Shown: one piece after another, positions 35,709-50,398 of the stretch
How the letters are laid out: every line of letters starts with the position of its first letter
Numbering within the stretch: position 1 is the stretch's first letter
Assembly (NCBI GenBank): GCA_051294375.1
Contig: CM119270.1
Location: forward strand, 17,711,443-17,768,146
DNA: 56,704 bases
Reading direction: 5' to 3'
Source of the DNA: Paraspadella gotoi
Lineage: Eukaryota > Animalia > Chaetognatha
The notes under the pieces: generated by a model
The model's input: the letters and a program-made list of their open reading frames with translations, nothing else
Database searches by the model: none
Told to the model about the DNA's origin: nothing
Program-made: the position numbers and the translations under genes

Positions 35709-37260
35709 CTTTCTTTTGTTTTGTTTCTTTTTTCGTTTTTGTTTTTTTGTTTCGCGGCAGACGTCATGGGTGTATAAGGTGGAGGGGTGGAGGGGTTGGA
35801 GAGGTGGGAGAGCTATGGATTATGAGGAAGGAGAGAGAAATAACGAGAAGCTTTCGGAGAATTTTTAAATGTTCTGTTGAATTTCGAAAAAAAAACTTTA
35901 GTTTAAAAACTCATTCTGGGATGAGACTTGTCGGTTTGTCGCCCTAAGAGACTCAAAAAAAAATAATTAACGAAAAACCAATAATCGAGATATGGAACCT
36001 AAAGGAAGGATGGAACCAAATAGGGAGAGANNNNNNNNNNNNNNNNNNNNNNNNNNNNNNNNNNNNNNNNNNNNNNNNNNNNNNNNNNNNNNNNNNNNNN
36101 NNNNNNNNNNNNNNNNNNNNNNNNNNNNNNNNNNNNNNNNNNNNNNNNNNNNNNNNNNNNNNNNNNNNNNNNNNNNNNNNNNNNNNNNNNNNNNNNNNNN
36201 NNNNNNNNNNNNNNNNNNNNNNNNNNNNNNNNNNNNNNNNNNNNNNNNNNNNNNNNNNNNNNNNNNNNNNNNNNNNNNNNNNNNNNNNNNNNNNNNNNNN
36301 NNAGGTCAAGTGATTTAGGAGTTTTAAATCAAAATGGATTCCGTATTCCGAAAAAGAAAGTGAAAGAGATGTGAAAGAGATAGAGAAAGAGAAAGCGAGT
36401 ATAAAAAACTAGTGCTAGGAAAGAGAAAGAAAAATAGAAAGAGAAAGTAAAAGAAAAAGAGAAAGAGAAAGAGAAAGAGCAAGAGAAAACGAAGAGAAGA
36501 AATTAGCGCGAGGAATTAAAAGTCGACGTCGATGAAGGAAAATTCTGGCGAAGAAAAAAACGGAAATAATTTTTCTTTCCTTTTTTTTTCTTTTTTTTCC
36601 CTTTTTGAGTCGATGTCGTTAAGGGGAACGCGGGGGTGATTAATATAAAAAGAAAGCTTAAAAGCTCGTCGCGAGATTTAATAAATATATCGGTTTTTGT
36701 ATGTGAGAAAAAAATTTATGAAAAAATATCAAAAGCTTAATTTTTAAGGTTAGATAATTATTTTTACCGTTTTATGAAGGGAGAATTATAATTAAAAAAA
36801 AAATCTTATCAATATCTAAAAACTAAGTTCTGTTTGCGTTGTTTGTCTGTTAACCTAACTAAAACAGATATTAATATTTAATGTTTATCCATGTGAAAGA
36901 GTGACCCATCTCATAGTTGGTGTAAAACGATGAAAATCATCAAATTCTCAAATTCTCAAATTGTCGTTCCCCTTCTTTAAGATCGCTCCCCTTAATCCTC
37001 GCTCGACCGACGCCATTTTCGCGGGAAATGATCAATGGAATGTAGCGACGCCTTTGATGTGACGCCGCAACGACGACGACGACTACGAAGATGATAATGA
37101 CGACGACAACGACGACGAAGACGACGATAAATATCACGACGATGACAATAATGATGATGGCAATAAAGACGATACATCGCTTCATGAAACAGGCACCGTT
37201 AAAAGAAGGTTTAGCCATTTGCTTATATCATCGAAAACAATGAAGGCCAGGACAAAACAG

Positions 37261-37292
<32 letters not shown>

Positions 37293-37368
37293 AGACACAG
37301 TCCATTTCTCTCGATGATGGTTTTTAGGTCGATTTGATTCGGCGAAGAGGGATGAACCTTAACAAACA

Positions 37369-37424
<56 letters not shown>

Positions 37425-37732
37425 AACGGCTCCGACCAGTTGAAAGTCAAAAAAAAAAACAGTCTGTCATTTTCTAAAGCAATTAAAAAAAGATCGAATT
37501 TTGTCTTTTGTTTTTTATCAAAAAAATCTCGAGTTTCTGGACCCGACATCGTCTCCCGCCAGGGGCGCTCCGAAAGGCACGGTGGGCGGCGCTCGGAGCG
37601 GCGCTTCGAGCTCCAGAAAAGGGCGGAGTTTGGCCGAAGCCCAAAAGGCTCGATTTGATTTAAGAAGGCTCTCGGGGTGGAGGAGCGTTTTTGGAGGAAG
37701 AAAAATCTGGAGGTTTTTTATGAAGGGGAGAG

Positions 37733-37932
37733 GGTGAGATGGAGCGAGATGGAGTGAGATGGAGTGAGATGGAGTGAAATGGAGTGAAATGGAGTGAGAT
37801 GAAGTGAGATGAAGTGAGATTGAGAGGGATGGAGTGAGATGGGGTGAGATGGAGAGGGATGGAGTGAGATGGAGTGAGATGGAGAGATATGAAGTGAGAT
37901 GGAGTGAGATGGAGTGAGATGGAGTGAGATGA
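37733..37932. repeat. 10-bp minisatellite (GATGGAGTGA)n, about 20 units
   Basis: Direct reading. Confidence 0.92.
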
Positions 37933-37962
37933 AGAACGACGGACGCCTGTTCCTCTCGTCAC

Positions 37963-38040
37963 TTGATGCTGATTGGTCAAGCGTCGTTGTTGATTCTGAT
38001 TGGTGAAACGTCCTTGTTGATTCTGATTGGTCAAGCGTCG
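37963..38040. repeat. 27-bp tandem repeat x3, each unit with CTGATTGG (CCAAT box)
   Basis: TTGAT(G/T)CTGATTGG at 37963, 37990 and 38017. Confidence 0.85.
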
Positions 38041-38529
38041 ACGTTTCGTTTTCTTTTTCCGTTTATTGTTTTGACGAGTGAAGAGTAACTCGAGTCACAA
38101 GCGTTGATAGTATCACGTCACGGATGGTTGATGGTTCACCAGTGAAATCGAGAAACTCGGAAGTCACCGTCGGACTAAGCGAAAGCGTTTCGTCGGCGCT
38201 TCGTTCATCAATGTCGTAGCAGGAGTGACATCTAACGGGAGAAGCGAGAGATTAAAATTTGGCGTGGCGAGGAATTAGCGTAACAATTGCAGTAAAAAAT
38301 CAGCCATAAACGAAACAAGATCTTTACAATGACCTTCACCACGGCGCAGCCAGAGGCAAGGCCTGCAGCCGCGGCCAGAGCCACGCCCTTGGCGCCACGC
38401 TCGTAGCCCCGCGGGCGAGACTGCCTTTTCACTCTGCGAGAAGCGCCAAGCGTAAAAGGAGGCCGTCGTAATAAACTCGAGAATAAATCATGGAAGAAGA
38501 AGTGTTTCCTTTTCTTTTCTTTTTTTTCC

Positions 38530-39100
38530 GTTTCTCACCTTTCCTTTTTTCTTATCTCACCTTACCTTTTTTTTCTCTTTCCTCATCTGAGTTTTTGATT
38601 TTTTCCTTTCTCCCTTTTCTTTTTACTTATCCCACCTTACCTTTTTTCTCTTTTTCCTCATCTGAGTTTTTTATTTTTTTCCTTTCTCCCTTTCATTTTT
38701 ACTTATCTCACCTTACCTTTTTTCTCTTTTTCCTCATCTGAGTTTTTTATTTTTTTCCTTTCTCCCTTTTCTTTTTTCTCTTCTCATCTTTCTTTTTTTC
38801 TCTATTTCCTCATCTGAGATTTTTATTTTTTCATATCTCCCTTTCCTTTTTACTTATCTCACCTTTCTTTTTTTCTCTATTTCCTCATCTGAGTTTTTTA
38901 TTTTTTCATATTTTCCTTTCCTTTTTTTTATCTCACCTTCCTTTTTTTCTCTATTTTTTCATCTGAGTTTTTTATTTTTTCCTATCTCCCTTTTCTTTTT
39001 TCTCTTCTCACCTTTCTTTTTTTCTCTATTTCATCATCTGAGTTTTTTTATTTTTTTCTATCTCCCTTTCCTTTTTTCGTATCTCACCTTTCCTTTTTTT
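38530..39100. repeat. ~75-76-bp pyrimidine-rich tandem repeat, at least 7 units, running into an N-gap
   Basis: Landmark (CC)TCATCTGAG at ~38581, 38656, 38732, 38808, 38883, 38957 and 39032. Confidence 0.88.
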
Positions 39101-39730
39101 NNNNNNNNNNNNNNNNNNNNNNNNNNNNNNNNNNNNNNNNNNNNNNNNNNNNNNNNNNNNNNNNNNNNNNNNNNNNNNNNNNNNNNNNNNNNNNNNNNNN
39201 NNNNNNNNNNNNNNNNNNNNNNNNNNNNNNNNNNNNNNNNNNNNNNNNNNNNNNNNNNNNNNNNNNNNNNNNNNNNNNNNNNNNNNNNNNNNNNNNNNNN
39301 NNNNNNNNNNNNNNNNNNNNNNNNNNNNNNNNNNNNNNNNNNNNNNNNNNNNNNNNNNNNNNNNNNNNNNNNNNNNNNNNNNNNNNNNNNNNNNNNNNNN
39401 NNNNNNNNNNNNNNNNNNNNNNNNNNNNNNNNNNNNNNNNNNNNNNNNNNNNNNNNNNNNNNNNNNNNNNNNNNNNNNNNNNNNNNNNNNNNNNNNNNNN
39501 NNNNNNNNNNNNNNNNNNNNNNNNNNNNNNNNNNNNNNNNNNNNNNNNNNNNNNNNNNNNNNNNNNNNNNNNNNNNNNNNNNNNNNNNNNNNNNNNNNNN
39601 NNNNNNNNNNNNNNNNNNNNNNNNNNNNNNNNGTCTTCCTTTAATAATTGTGCGCATCGTAGATCACAAATTTCTTAATTGAAACCATTTTTTTTTCGAT
39701 TTTCGGCTTCAACGCATATAAAAACTTTCG

Positions 39731-39875
39731 ATTCATTAAATAAATAATCTACCTTGTTCATGACGTTGGACAGGCTTTGGACAGGCTTTGGTTGCCCTCA
39801 TCCCTCTTAAAAGATAATAACAGAAAGAATCTGCAAGTTTTCAATCAAGACTCTCACAGTCTTGTGTAATCACTT
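39731..39875 (+). mobile_element. Diverged fragment of the 31815 MITE-like family
   Basis: TTGGACAGGCTTTGG...CTGCAAGTTTTCAATCAAGACTCTCACAGTCT is similar to 31880-31980. Confidence 0.6.
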
Positions 39876-40458
39876 CTAAAGTACAGGTTTCTTATGAATC
39901 ATGTGGTATAGAATTTCAAAGTATGTTTCAATTGCATAAAAGGTTGAACAAAATTATTTATTGCCTTCTCCGTCTGTGGTCTGTCTGTCTTTCTTTCTGT
40001 CTGTCTGTCTGTCTGTTTTGTTTTTCGTTTTCTTTTTCTTTTCTCCATTTCTTTTTCCCCTTTATTTAATTTCCTTTCTTTTTCTTTTTCTTTTTATTTC
40101 CTCCATTTCGTTTTCTTTTTTTTTCTTTCCTCCATTTCTTTTTTTCTTCTTCCTCCTTCCTCCACCATTCCTCCACCCCTTCCCCTCACACCTCCCTTTC
40201 CTCCCATCCCTTTTCTTTCTCCTTCGTCGGATTTTAAGGACGACTCATATTTTCTCTCCTCTTTTTCTTTGCCCCATTTTTTTGTTCTTTATTGTTCTTC
40301 TTTTTTGTTCTTTTATTTGTTCTTCTTTTTTGTTTCTCTTGTTTTCAATTTTTTTTTTCGTTTCGACCGTCGTACGCTCGGGCGGCGCAACGTGTCCTCT
40401 TGCAAATTAAGCCGCTAGGTCTCCTCCCTCTAACGTCCGTGGTTTTTGTCTCTCTCTC

Positions 40459-40532
<74 letters not shown>

Positions 40533-40646
40533 CCTCTCTTTCACACAAAAAAATAAAAGGCGACACGGTGACGGTGCTGTTTGCCGCAGATTAAGAAAAC
40601 GGTTTTTTTTCTTTTTTCTTCCTCTTTATGCCCAAGCTCTCTCTCT

Positions 40647-40690
<44 letters not shown>

Positions 40691-42127
40691 ATCTCTCTCT
40701 CTCTCTCTCCTCTCTCTCTCTTCNNNNNNNNNNNNNNNNNNNNNNNNNNNNNNNNNNNNNNNNNNNNNNNNNNNNNNNNNNNNNNNNNNNNNNNNNNNNN
40801 NNNNNNNNNNNNNNNNNNNNNNNNNNNNNNNNNNNNNNNNNNNNNNNNNNNNNNNNNNNNNNNNNNNNNNNNNNNNNNNNNNNNNNNNNNNNNNNNNNNN
40901 NNNNNNNNNNNNNNNNNNNNNNNNNNNNNNNNNNNNNNNNNNNNNNNNNNNNNNNNNNNNNNNNNNNNNNNNNNNNNNNNNNNNNNNNNNNNNNNNNNNN
41001 NNNNNNNNNNNNNNNNNNNNNNNNNNNNNNNNNNNNNNNNNNNNNNNNNNNNNNNNNNNNNNNNNNNNNNNNNNNNNNNNNNNNNNNNNNNNNNNNNNNN
41101 NNNNNNNNNNNNNNNNNNNNNNNNNNNNNNNNNNNNNNNNNNNNNNNNNNNNNNNNNNNNNNNNNNNNNNNNNNNNNNNNNNNNNNNNNNNNNNNNNNNN
41201 NNNNNNNNNNNNNNNNNNNNNNNNNNNNNNNNNNNNNNNNNNNNNNNNNNNNNNNNNNNNNNNNNNNNNNNNNNNNNNNNNNNNNNNNNNNNNNNNNNNN
41301 NNNNNNNNNNNNNNNNNNNNNNNNNNNNNNNNNNNNNNNNNNNNNNNNNNNNNNNNNNNNNNNNNNNNNNNNNNNNNNNNNNNNNNNNNNNNNNNNNNNN
41401 NNNNNNNNNNNNNNNNNNNNNNNNNNNNNNNNNNNNNNNNNNNNNNNNNNNNNNNNNNNNNNNNNNNNNNNNNNNNNNNNNNNNNNNNNNNNNNNNNNNN
41501 NNNNNNNNNNNNNNNNNNNNNNNNNNNNNNNNNNNNNNNNNNNNNNNNNNNNNNNNNNNNNNNNNNNNNNNNNNNNNNNNNNNNNNNNNNNNNNNNNNNN
41601 NNNNNNNNNNNNTAAATTTAAGCATTAAAAATCGACAAATTATACCGAAATTCATTCATTCTCTTTTTTTTCTTCCACTTTTTCGTTGGAAGAAATTGTC
41701 GCTTGGAACCGGATTTTCTGAAGGCAAATGGGTGAGAAAAAGATTGTCTGGTCGCGATGCCATTTTGTTCAAACGAGCGACACAGTTATTCCTACATTTT
41801 GTGGCTTTGGATTAGAGATTAGAATAGGATTAGATTAGGGATTAGAATTGGATTAGATTAGGGATTTGAAAATATTATTGGGGTTTCAGGACTGGGGTTT
41901 TTAAAACTAATTTGAAAATATAATAGTATTATCATAAAGTAGGTATTTAAATTTAAAAAAACCCAGTAGCGCTTAAGTTTCAGAGAGGCGAGTTCACCAT
42001 TTTAAAGAAACAATTTTTTCTCTCCAACGATAAAATTATGCACATGAGATGTTGACTTAAAATTCTTTTGAATTCTTAAACTTCCCACTCGATCTTCCAC
42101 TCCGTCTCCCAAGCTTCCTCGTCCCAC

Positions 42128-42176
<49 letters not shown>

Positions 42177-42685
42177 GAGAGAGAGAGAGAGAGATGGAGA
42201 GAGAGAGAGAGAGAGAGAGAAATTCTTTGAATCGCCTCTGCGAAGCCTTGAAGCCAACGCCAATACTTTTTTTCGACTCCAGCGGTGAGAAACAACAACT
42301 ACAAAAGTAAAGCTTTAAGTTTTTAAAGATTCAAAATGTAGTAACGAATTTATTTTTGTCAGTCTGTAGGTCGCCATCCCTCGAAGGTACGATCAGTCGG
42401 TAATTTGGTGATCATTGATAGATCGATAATCACTTATGATTGTCATTGATTTATTTACATTTAATTATGGGGGCATGGCCTCGCATGGCCTCTCCTCACA
42501 TGGCTTCTCAGCAATTTGCCTCTCAAATGTTGGATTCCACGAACTCGTCGACGTATGGCCTCAGAAATTGGCCACTAAACAGTCGACTTATCCAAGATTG
42601 GCCTCTATTCAACCGAAAATGTTGATTCCGAAATTGCGCACCTTTCCTGAATTTTGATGATCTATTTAAAGAGGGAGTTTTTAAG

Positions 42686-42759
<74 letters not shown>

Positions 42760-42869
42760 GGCGTGGCGTGGCCCCATGCCGGTCGAAACACGAAAATGTT
42801 TAAGTCGAAGAAAGAAAAGAGAGAATTGAAAAGACAATGACTTTCTGTCGCTTTGCTGGCAGAGAAAAG

Positions 42870-43230
42870 GTTTGGCGTTGCTGTGGCGGCATTGCGGAGC
42901 GGTTTTGGCGTTGCAATCGCAATACGGTAGTATTTTTGTGTCGTTGAAGTGTCGTTGTTGTGGCGTTTCCGCGGCATTGTTGTGGCGCGTTTATTACGTT
43001 GTTGCGGAGTATCGGGATGTTACAGTGACGCAATTGTGGTGCAATGCAGTGGCGTTGTTTTTGGGTTGCATTAGCCGTTTTTGTGGCGCAGTTATGGCGT
43101 TGCAGNNNNNNNNNNTTGTTTTTGGGTTGCAGTAGCCGGTTTTGTGGCGTAGTTATGGCGTTGCAGTGGTGTTTTAGTGGCATTATTGTGGCGTTACAGC
43201 GGCTGGCTTTGTTGGCCGCAGTGGCTAAAA
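42870..43230. repeat. Degenerate (GTGGCGTTGCA)-type minisatellite with a 10-N gap
   Basis: Repeated GGCGTTGC / TTTTGTGGCG.AGTTATGGCGTTGCAG. Confidence 0.7.
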
Positions 43231-44469
43231 CAATGGACATCTATGGTTTGACGAAAATCAGTGAATACCTCCTTCTCGATGTTTTGCCACGTTGGTCTCT
43301 TCTCTCTTTCACCATTTCGTTCGTTCGGCCCAACGATTTTTTTCCTTTCATTTTCAAAATCGACTTTTGACGTCATCGGCCGAGTTGTCGTTGTTGTTGT
43401 ACTTGTTTTTGTTGTTGTATTTAGTTAATCGTTTTCGTTAGATATTTGTTTTTTTTATATTTCATGGGGATGGTCGATTTCATGGTTAGTCAACGAAGAT
43501 CCTGATTTCTCAGTCACCGCTCATCTTACATTTTTGTTGTTCATGTTATTCTATTCAACCGATGATTCATATGGAATCTTTTCGATTTTGTTTTACTTTT
43601 CTGCTGTGCACAATTGTTTACATTGTCCATTTGTTGTTGTTTTTTCGTTTCTTCATGTCGTTTGTTATTTTATTTTCTTTATTATAGTTGAGATCCTTGG
43701 TAATAATTACGTAAGAAATAAAAATAAAATCGCCGGACGAATTCTTTGTAATTTCCATTGCCAGCAAAGTAATTATTGGGAATTCTTTTTTGTATCGTTT
43801 TGTTTACAAATTTAAACCAAACTTTTTTTCTCCCTCTATCTTTTTGAAAATGAATGCCACCTTGTACAATTAGCCAATTCGAATCCTTCTGCTTTTCTGC
43901 TTTCAATAAATCATCTCATTTTGTCCGCCATTTTGATCTCGAGCACCTCCAGTTCTCCATTGAAATGCGTTCGAATACATTTTGTTGATAAACCAAACTC
44001 TTGTTTACCAGAACCGATCTTTCGCATCGAAGACAAAACGCGCTAAGCGCCGTCGCCATTAAAACTGTTTTTTCTTGTTTTCTTTCTTTTGTTTTAAAAG
44101 AAACGAAAAGAAAACAAAAACCTTCGTTTGGAAGACCGATTCTTGGCGAAGGATTTTTTTTTTTCGTGAATCGTTTTGTCTTTTTCTTTGGCAAAGGATT
44201 TTCCCGCCAAAAAAAAAAATTGGACTTGGTCCTCTTCCAGAATTTTTTTTTTTTTACCTGGGGCCGATCGTCGTTGTCGTTGTGGTCGTCGTCTTCGTCG
44301 TCGTCGTCGTCATCGCTTATCGCAGTCTTTGATCCCCTCGTTTTAGTCGATCTCCTTCTACGAATTTTATCGCTTTCTCCCTTTACTCCGTTCGCCCTTT
44401 TCGCCCCTCCATTCTTCCTCCACGCCCCCCCACCCACGCCCCCTATTTTCGTATGGGGCAATTACGCCG

Positions 44470-44790
44470 CCAAGATTGGCCGCACCAACCTTCTTATGGC
44501 TCCTTTCCGATAACGGCGTTGTTGAGGCTTCGCCGAAATTAGGCGTTGGGTGAGGACAGCGACCAATCGGGTCCCTCCTCACTGAAGATTTCTCTGATTG
44601 GTCGAGGGCTTCGCCGAAATGAGGCTTTGGGTAATGACGTCGACCAATCAAGCCCCTCTTCACTAAAGGTTCCTCTGATTGGCCGCCATCTTCGGCGAAA
44701 TTAGGCTTTGGTTGACCGGAAATTAAAATGATTGGTTTACTAGAGATTAAAATGATTGGTTGATTGGCGATAGGTACGGATTGGCGTCAA
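44470..44790. promoter_or_regulatory. 81-bp tandem repeat (~2.3 units) forming a CCAAT-rich, YY1/ETS-bearing promoter-like island
   Basis: CTTCG(C/G)CGAAAT at 44528, 44609 and 44690. About nine CCAAT/ATTGG. GGCCGCCATCTT (YY1 consensus) at 44681-44692. ACCGGAAAT at ~44715. Confidence 0.5.
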
Positions 44791-45188
44791 AAATCTTTAG
44801 CTTTTTGGATAAATTTAATCGGCTCGCTTAGTTAACTGTTAGACTTGTTTCTTTTAATTAATTCTGTTTTGTTTTATATTAATTTTAAAGTGAATTAAAT
44901 TCATTCGTTGATACATTTAGTCCTTTGTCCTTATCAGTTATCACAATTAAACATTGAAATCAATGTCTTTAACTGTCTTTCAGTGAAGCCCACTAAATGC
45001 CATCTCTCAATGGTTTTTCCTCCCCCCACAGTGTTTCTTCCCCTCGAAAGCCAACAAAGTGTCATCGGCACAGCGACTTTCGCAATCAGCCACGATTTCT
45101 CGAGTCCCCCTTTTTTTTATTCCATCGAGGAAAAAATCTCGGAGATCGACTTTTTTTCTTTTTCGGGTCACATTCTTTTTTTGAGCGG

Positions 45189-45230
45189 TGACCTTGAAGG
45201 TGACCTTGATGTGACCTTTAATCTTGACCC
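45189..45230. promoter_or_regulatory. Clustered nuclear-receptor half sites (TGACCTTGA x2, TGACCTTT, TGACCC)
   Basis: Sites at 45189-45197, 45201-45209, 45212-45219 and 45225-45230. TCAAGGTCA is the known ERR/SF-1(Ftz-F1) extended half-site. Confidence 0.45.
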
Positions 45231-45453
45231 GTTGATCCCGAACGTCAGATTCGAGTTGACGTTTGTCCTCTGGCGACGCGGAATATTGCGTCGATCGAGA
45301 ATTCGAGGAAAACAGCGCCAAACATGGCGGTCGTCGTTGTTGTTGTTGTTGTTGTTTTCCGTCGTCGTCGTTGTCGTCTTTTTGTCAATGGTAAATTCTT
45401 CCACTTTTAAATACACTCGCTTCGACTACATTTAAGAACTATTAAATAAATTA

Positions 45454-45583
45454 ATAAACGAGACTGTGAGAGAGTCTTGATTGAAGAATCTGTTGTGTTA
45501 TTATCTCTGTCCAAAGTCGGGAGCAAGATAAATTAATTATTAATTTAATGGATAATTTTTATATTGGTTGTACCAATTCCATA
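45454..45583 (-). mobile_element. Internally deleted copy of the 31815 MITE-like family
   Basis: CTGTCCAAAGTCGGGAGCAAGATA...GGATAATTTTTATATTGGTTGTACCAATTCCATA matches 32379-32455; AAACGAGACTGTGAGAGAG matches the reverse complement of ~31963-31981. Confidence 0.7.
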
Positions 45584-46037
45584 CGGCTAACTCGTCAACG
45601 TTTCTATGTACATACATTGGTTTACAATCAGAAACAACTAAACAATTACCAATAAACATTAACATTAACAATTAAACAAGAAAACAATTGAAGCAAAGAT
45701 TTCAATCAGAACGAATGACCATCAGGAACCAAAATAACGATTGAGTCCGGCGCGATTAGAAAAAGAGAATCAAATCGAAATACAATTCGGGCGTCGCGAT
45801 CACAAATCGACTCTCCTTCCTCCAGTCGTAAAAAAAAAGGAAAAGCGATTTGCGGGGAGATTAAACCGGAAGACAGAGAGAGAGAGGGTGGGAGGGAGGG
45901 AGAGAGAGAGAGAGAGAGAGAGATGAAGAGAGAGAAGGAGAGAAGAGAGGAGAGAAGATGCGAAGAGAGAGAGAGAGAGACTGTCACGGAGATTGTGCGT
46001 TGAAGCTCGTTTACTTCTTTTCTTTCCTCCAAAGAGT

Positions 46038-46117
<80 letters not shown>

Positions 46118-46534
46118 TCCTTCCTTCCTTCTCAACTTTTATCTTTCGCTTTAAATTTCACTTGCTTTCTTCTCCGCTTCTTTTTTTCTTCTCCTGTTCT
46201 TTCTTTCTTTCCTTTTTTTTCTTTCCTTTTTTTTCTTTCCTGTTTCTTTATTTTAATTCATTTTTTGCCTATATTTTTTATTAGTAATTTAAATGTATTT
46301 AATCACATTATTTCCTACACGTCTTACAATCGATTCACGACTTATATACTTTCTTCCGCAACTTTATTTTTATTCGTACAATTTTATTCGCAACTTTTTT
46401 TTCCTCAGCAACTTTGAGTTTCTCGTTTCCCTTCGAAACTCGATTGACTTAGAAATCGAAGGAGTTTCTCTACAAGTTGAAATTCAAATTGAATTCCGTT
46501 TAAGGGAGAAAGAAAGAGAGAAAGAAAGAAAGAG

Positions 46535-46573
<39 letters not shown>

Positions 46574-46577
46574 ACGA

Positions 46578-46645
<68 letters not shown>

Positions 46646-47004
46646 AAAAAAGAAAGAAAGAAAAAAAGGGAAAATTCGAAAAAAAAAATGAAGAAAATAG
46701 AAGGAAATAATAAAACCCTCTGTTACAAACATAATTCACAGTAACCTACAAATTATTAGATTTACATTTTATGTTTAGATAAAAAGTACTAGCCCATTTT
46801 TACTACAAAAAAAAACAACAACAACAAAAAACAAAAAACAAAAACAAAAGAAAACCAAAGAACCTTTGCTTTGGTGAATAGATATTACATGAGGACTGAG
46901 AGTAAAATGGATAGAAATGAACTCTACACTCTACCATCTTGTTTTTAATCGTTCCCATTTCCCCGGCGAATGATATTTCCTGCATTTCTAGGCTCATGAT
47001 TTAT

Positions 47005-47058
<54 letters not shown>

Positions 47059-47792
47059 AGACGTGACAAGGCGTGGAGTGGCAATACCATAAATATCAGA
47101 ATCCCCGTCGCGCTACGTTGATGGAAAAAAGGTGACAATGATGAGGATGGAGGAAAGGAAAGGAAGACTCGAGGGAGGAAAGGAGGAGGAAAGGGAGGGA
47201 GAGAGGAAGGAAGGTGGAGGAAAGGAAAGGAAGACTCGGAAAGGGAAGATGAAAAAGAAGGAGGAAAAACGAGGAGGAAGTGGAAAGAAGGAGGAGTAAG
47301 AGATGAGGTGAGAAATTAAATAAAAAGAAAACTTTAACGTGATAAAAGAAGGAAAAAAAAAACAAGAAGAGAAATAAAAATGAAGAATAAATAATACGAT
47401 GGACCGACTAATCCAATATTTTTATGTTTTTCTATTGCCAAGGTTATTATGATTATTAATTTATATTATACTCTTCAAAAGTTCCATTTTTGGTTCCATT
47501 TTGAGTCGATAAATAATATTAGACGACCGAATTTCTTTGTCTCTTCTTTTTTTTTTAAGAAGAGTTCCTGGTCTGCGAGCAAGAGAGAAGTAAAGGAGAT
47601 GACTGCGACGACGATGACAACAACGACGACGACAACAACAACGACAATTTGGTCGATGTTTACAAATTAAAAGCGACGCAGATAACCTTCGCCTAAAATC
47701 GATTGTTGCGGCGACAAAACGACTTTGAACTTCTGAACTCTCTTCCTTTCCAACTGGGTTTCACTTAATTGTATCTCTCTCTCTCTCTCATC

Positions 47793-47869
<77 letters not shown>

Positions 47870-47949
47870 CTCTTTCTCGCACTTGGCCCCAGGCGCAACG
47901 TATTGGCCCACGACGTGAGGGATGCTTCGAATGTTGCTGAAGTTGCTGC

Positions 47950-49826
<1,877 letters not shown>

Positions 49827-50398
49827 CTTTGTAATTGCTCTACTTTCTGATGAGAAAAGAAAAAAAATTTTGACTCGAACAATTTTTTCTCCATCGAAGT
49901 ATCCGACAAAGGAGGCGGCGGATGCGGCTGTCGCGGCGGCGGACGCGGCAAATCCAGCAGCGTCAGGGGTAGAGTTATAAGCGGCCGACGCTGCTGATAC
50001 TGATGCAGCGTCGACGATTGGGATGAAATTACTGCTTAGGCGGAGATCAAAGGCAAAGGACTGACGGCGAAGTCAGCGATGGCATTCACATGGTGGCGAT
50101 TGGTGCCAGCTTGGCGTCAATGACAAATGTCGAACGTGAGCAAATTTTAGCGAAAACGTTGGCGAGAATGTTTGCTCGTTTCGGACAACCAATTGGTCCG
50201 GTTTCTTTGAGCAAAGTTGAATGATTCGTTAAAAAGATTTGATGAAGAGAATCCAAGTCTCGGATGCGCGGATGACGATTCTCCGCTTTTTGCTTCTTCT
50301 TTACATCGTTTGTTCTTAAGAAATGACCAATATTTATCATTGCAATGAAGACGATCTCATGATATTATGTAATGTCGCTAATTTTATAGAAGAAGGTG

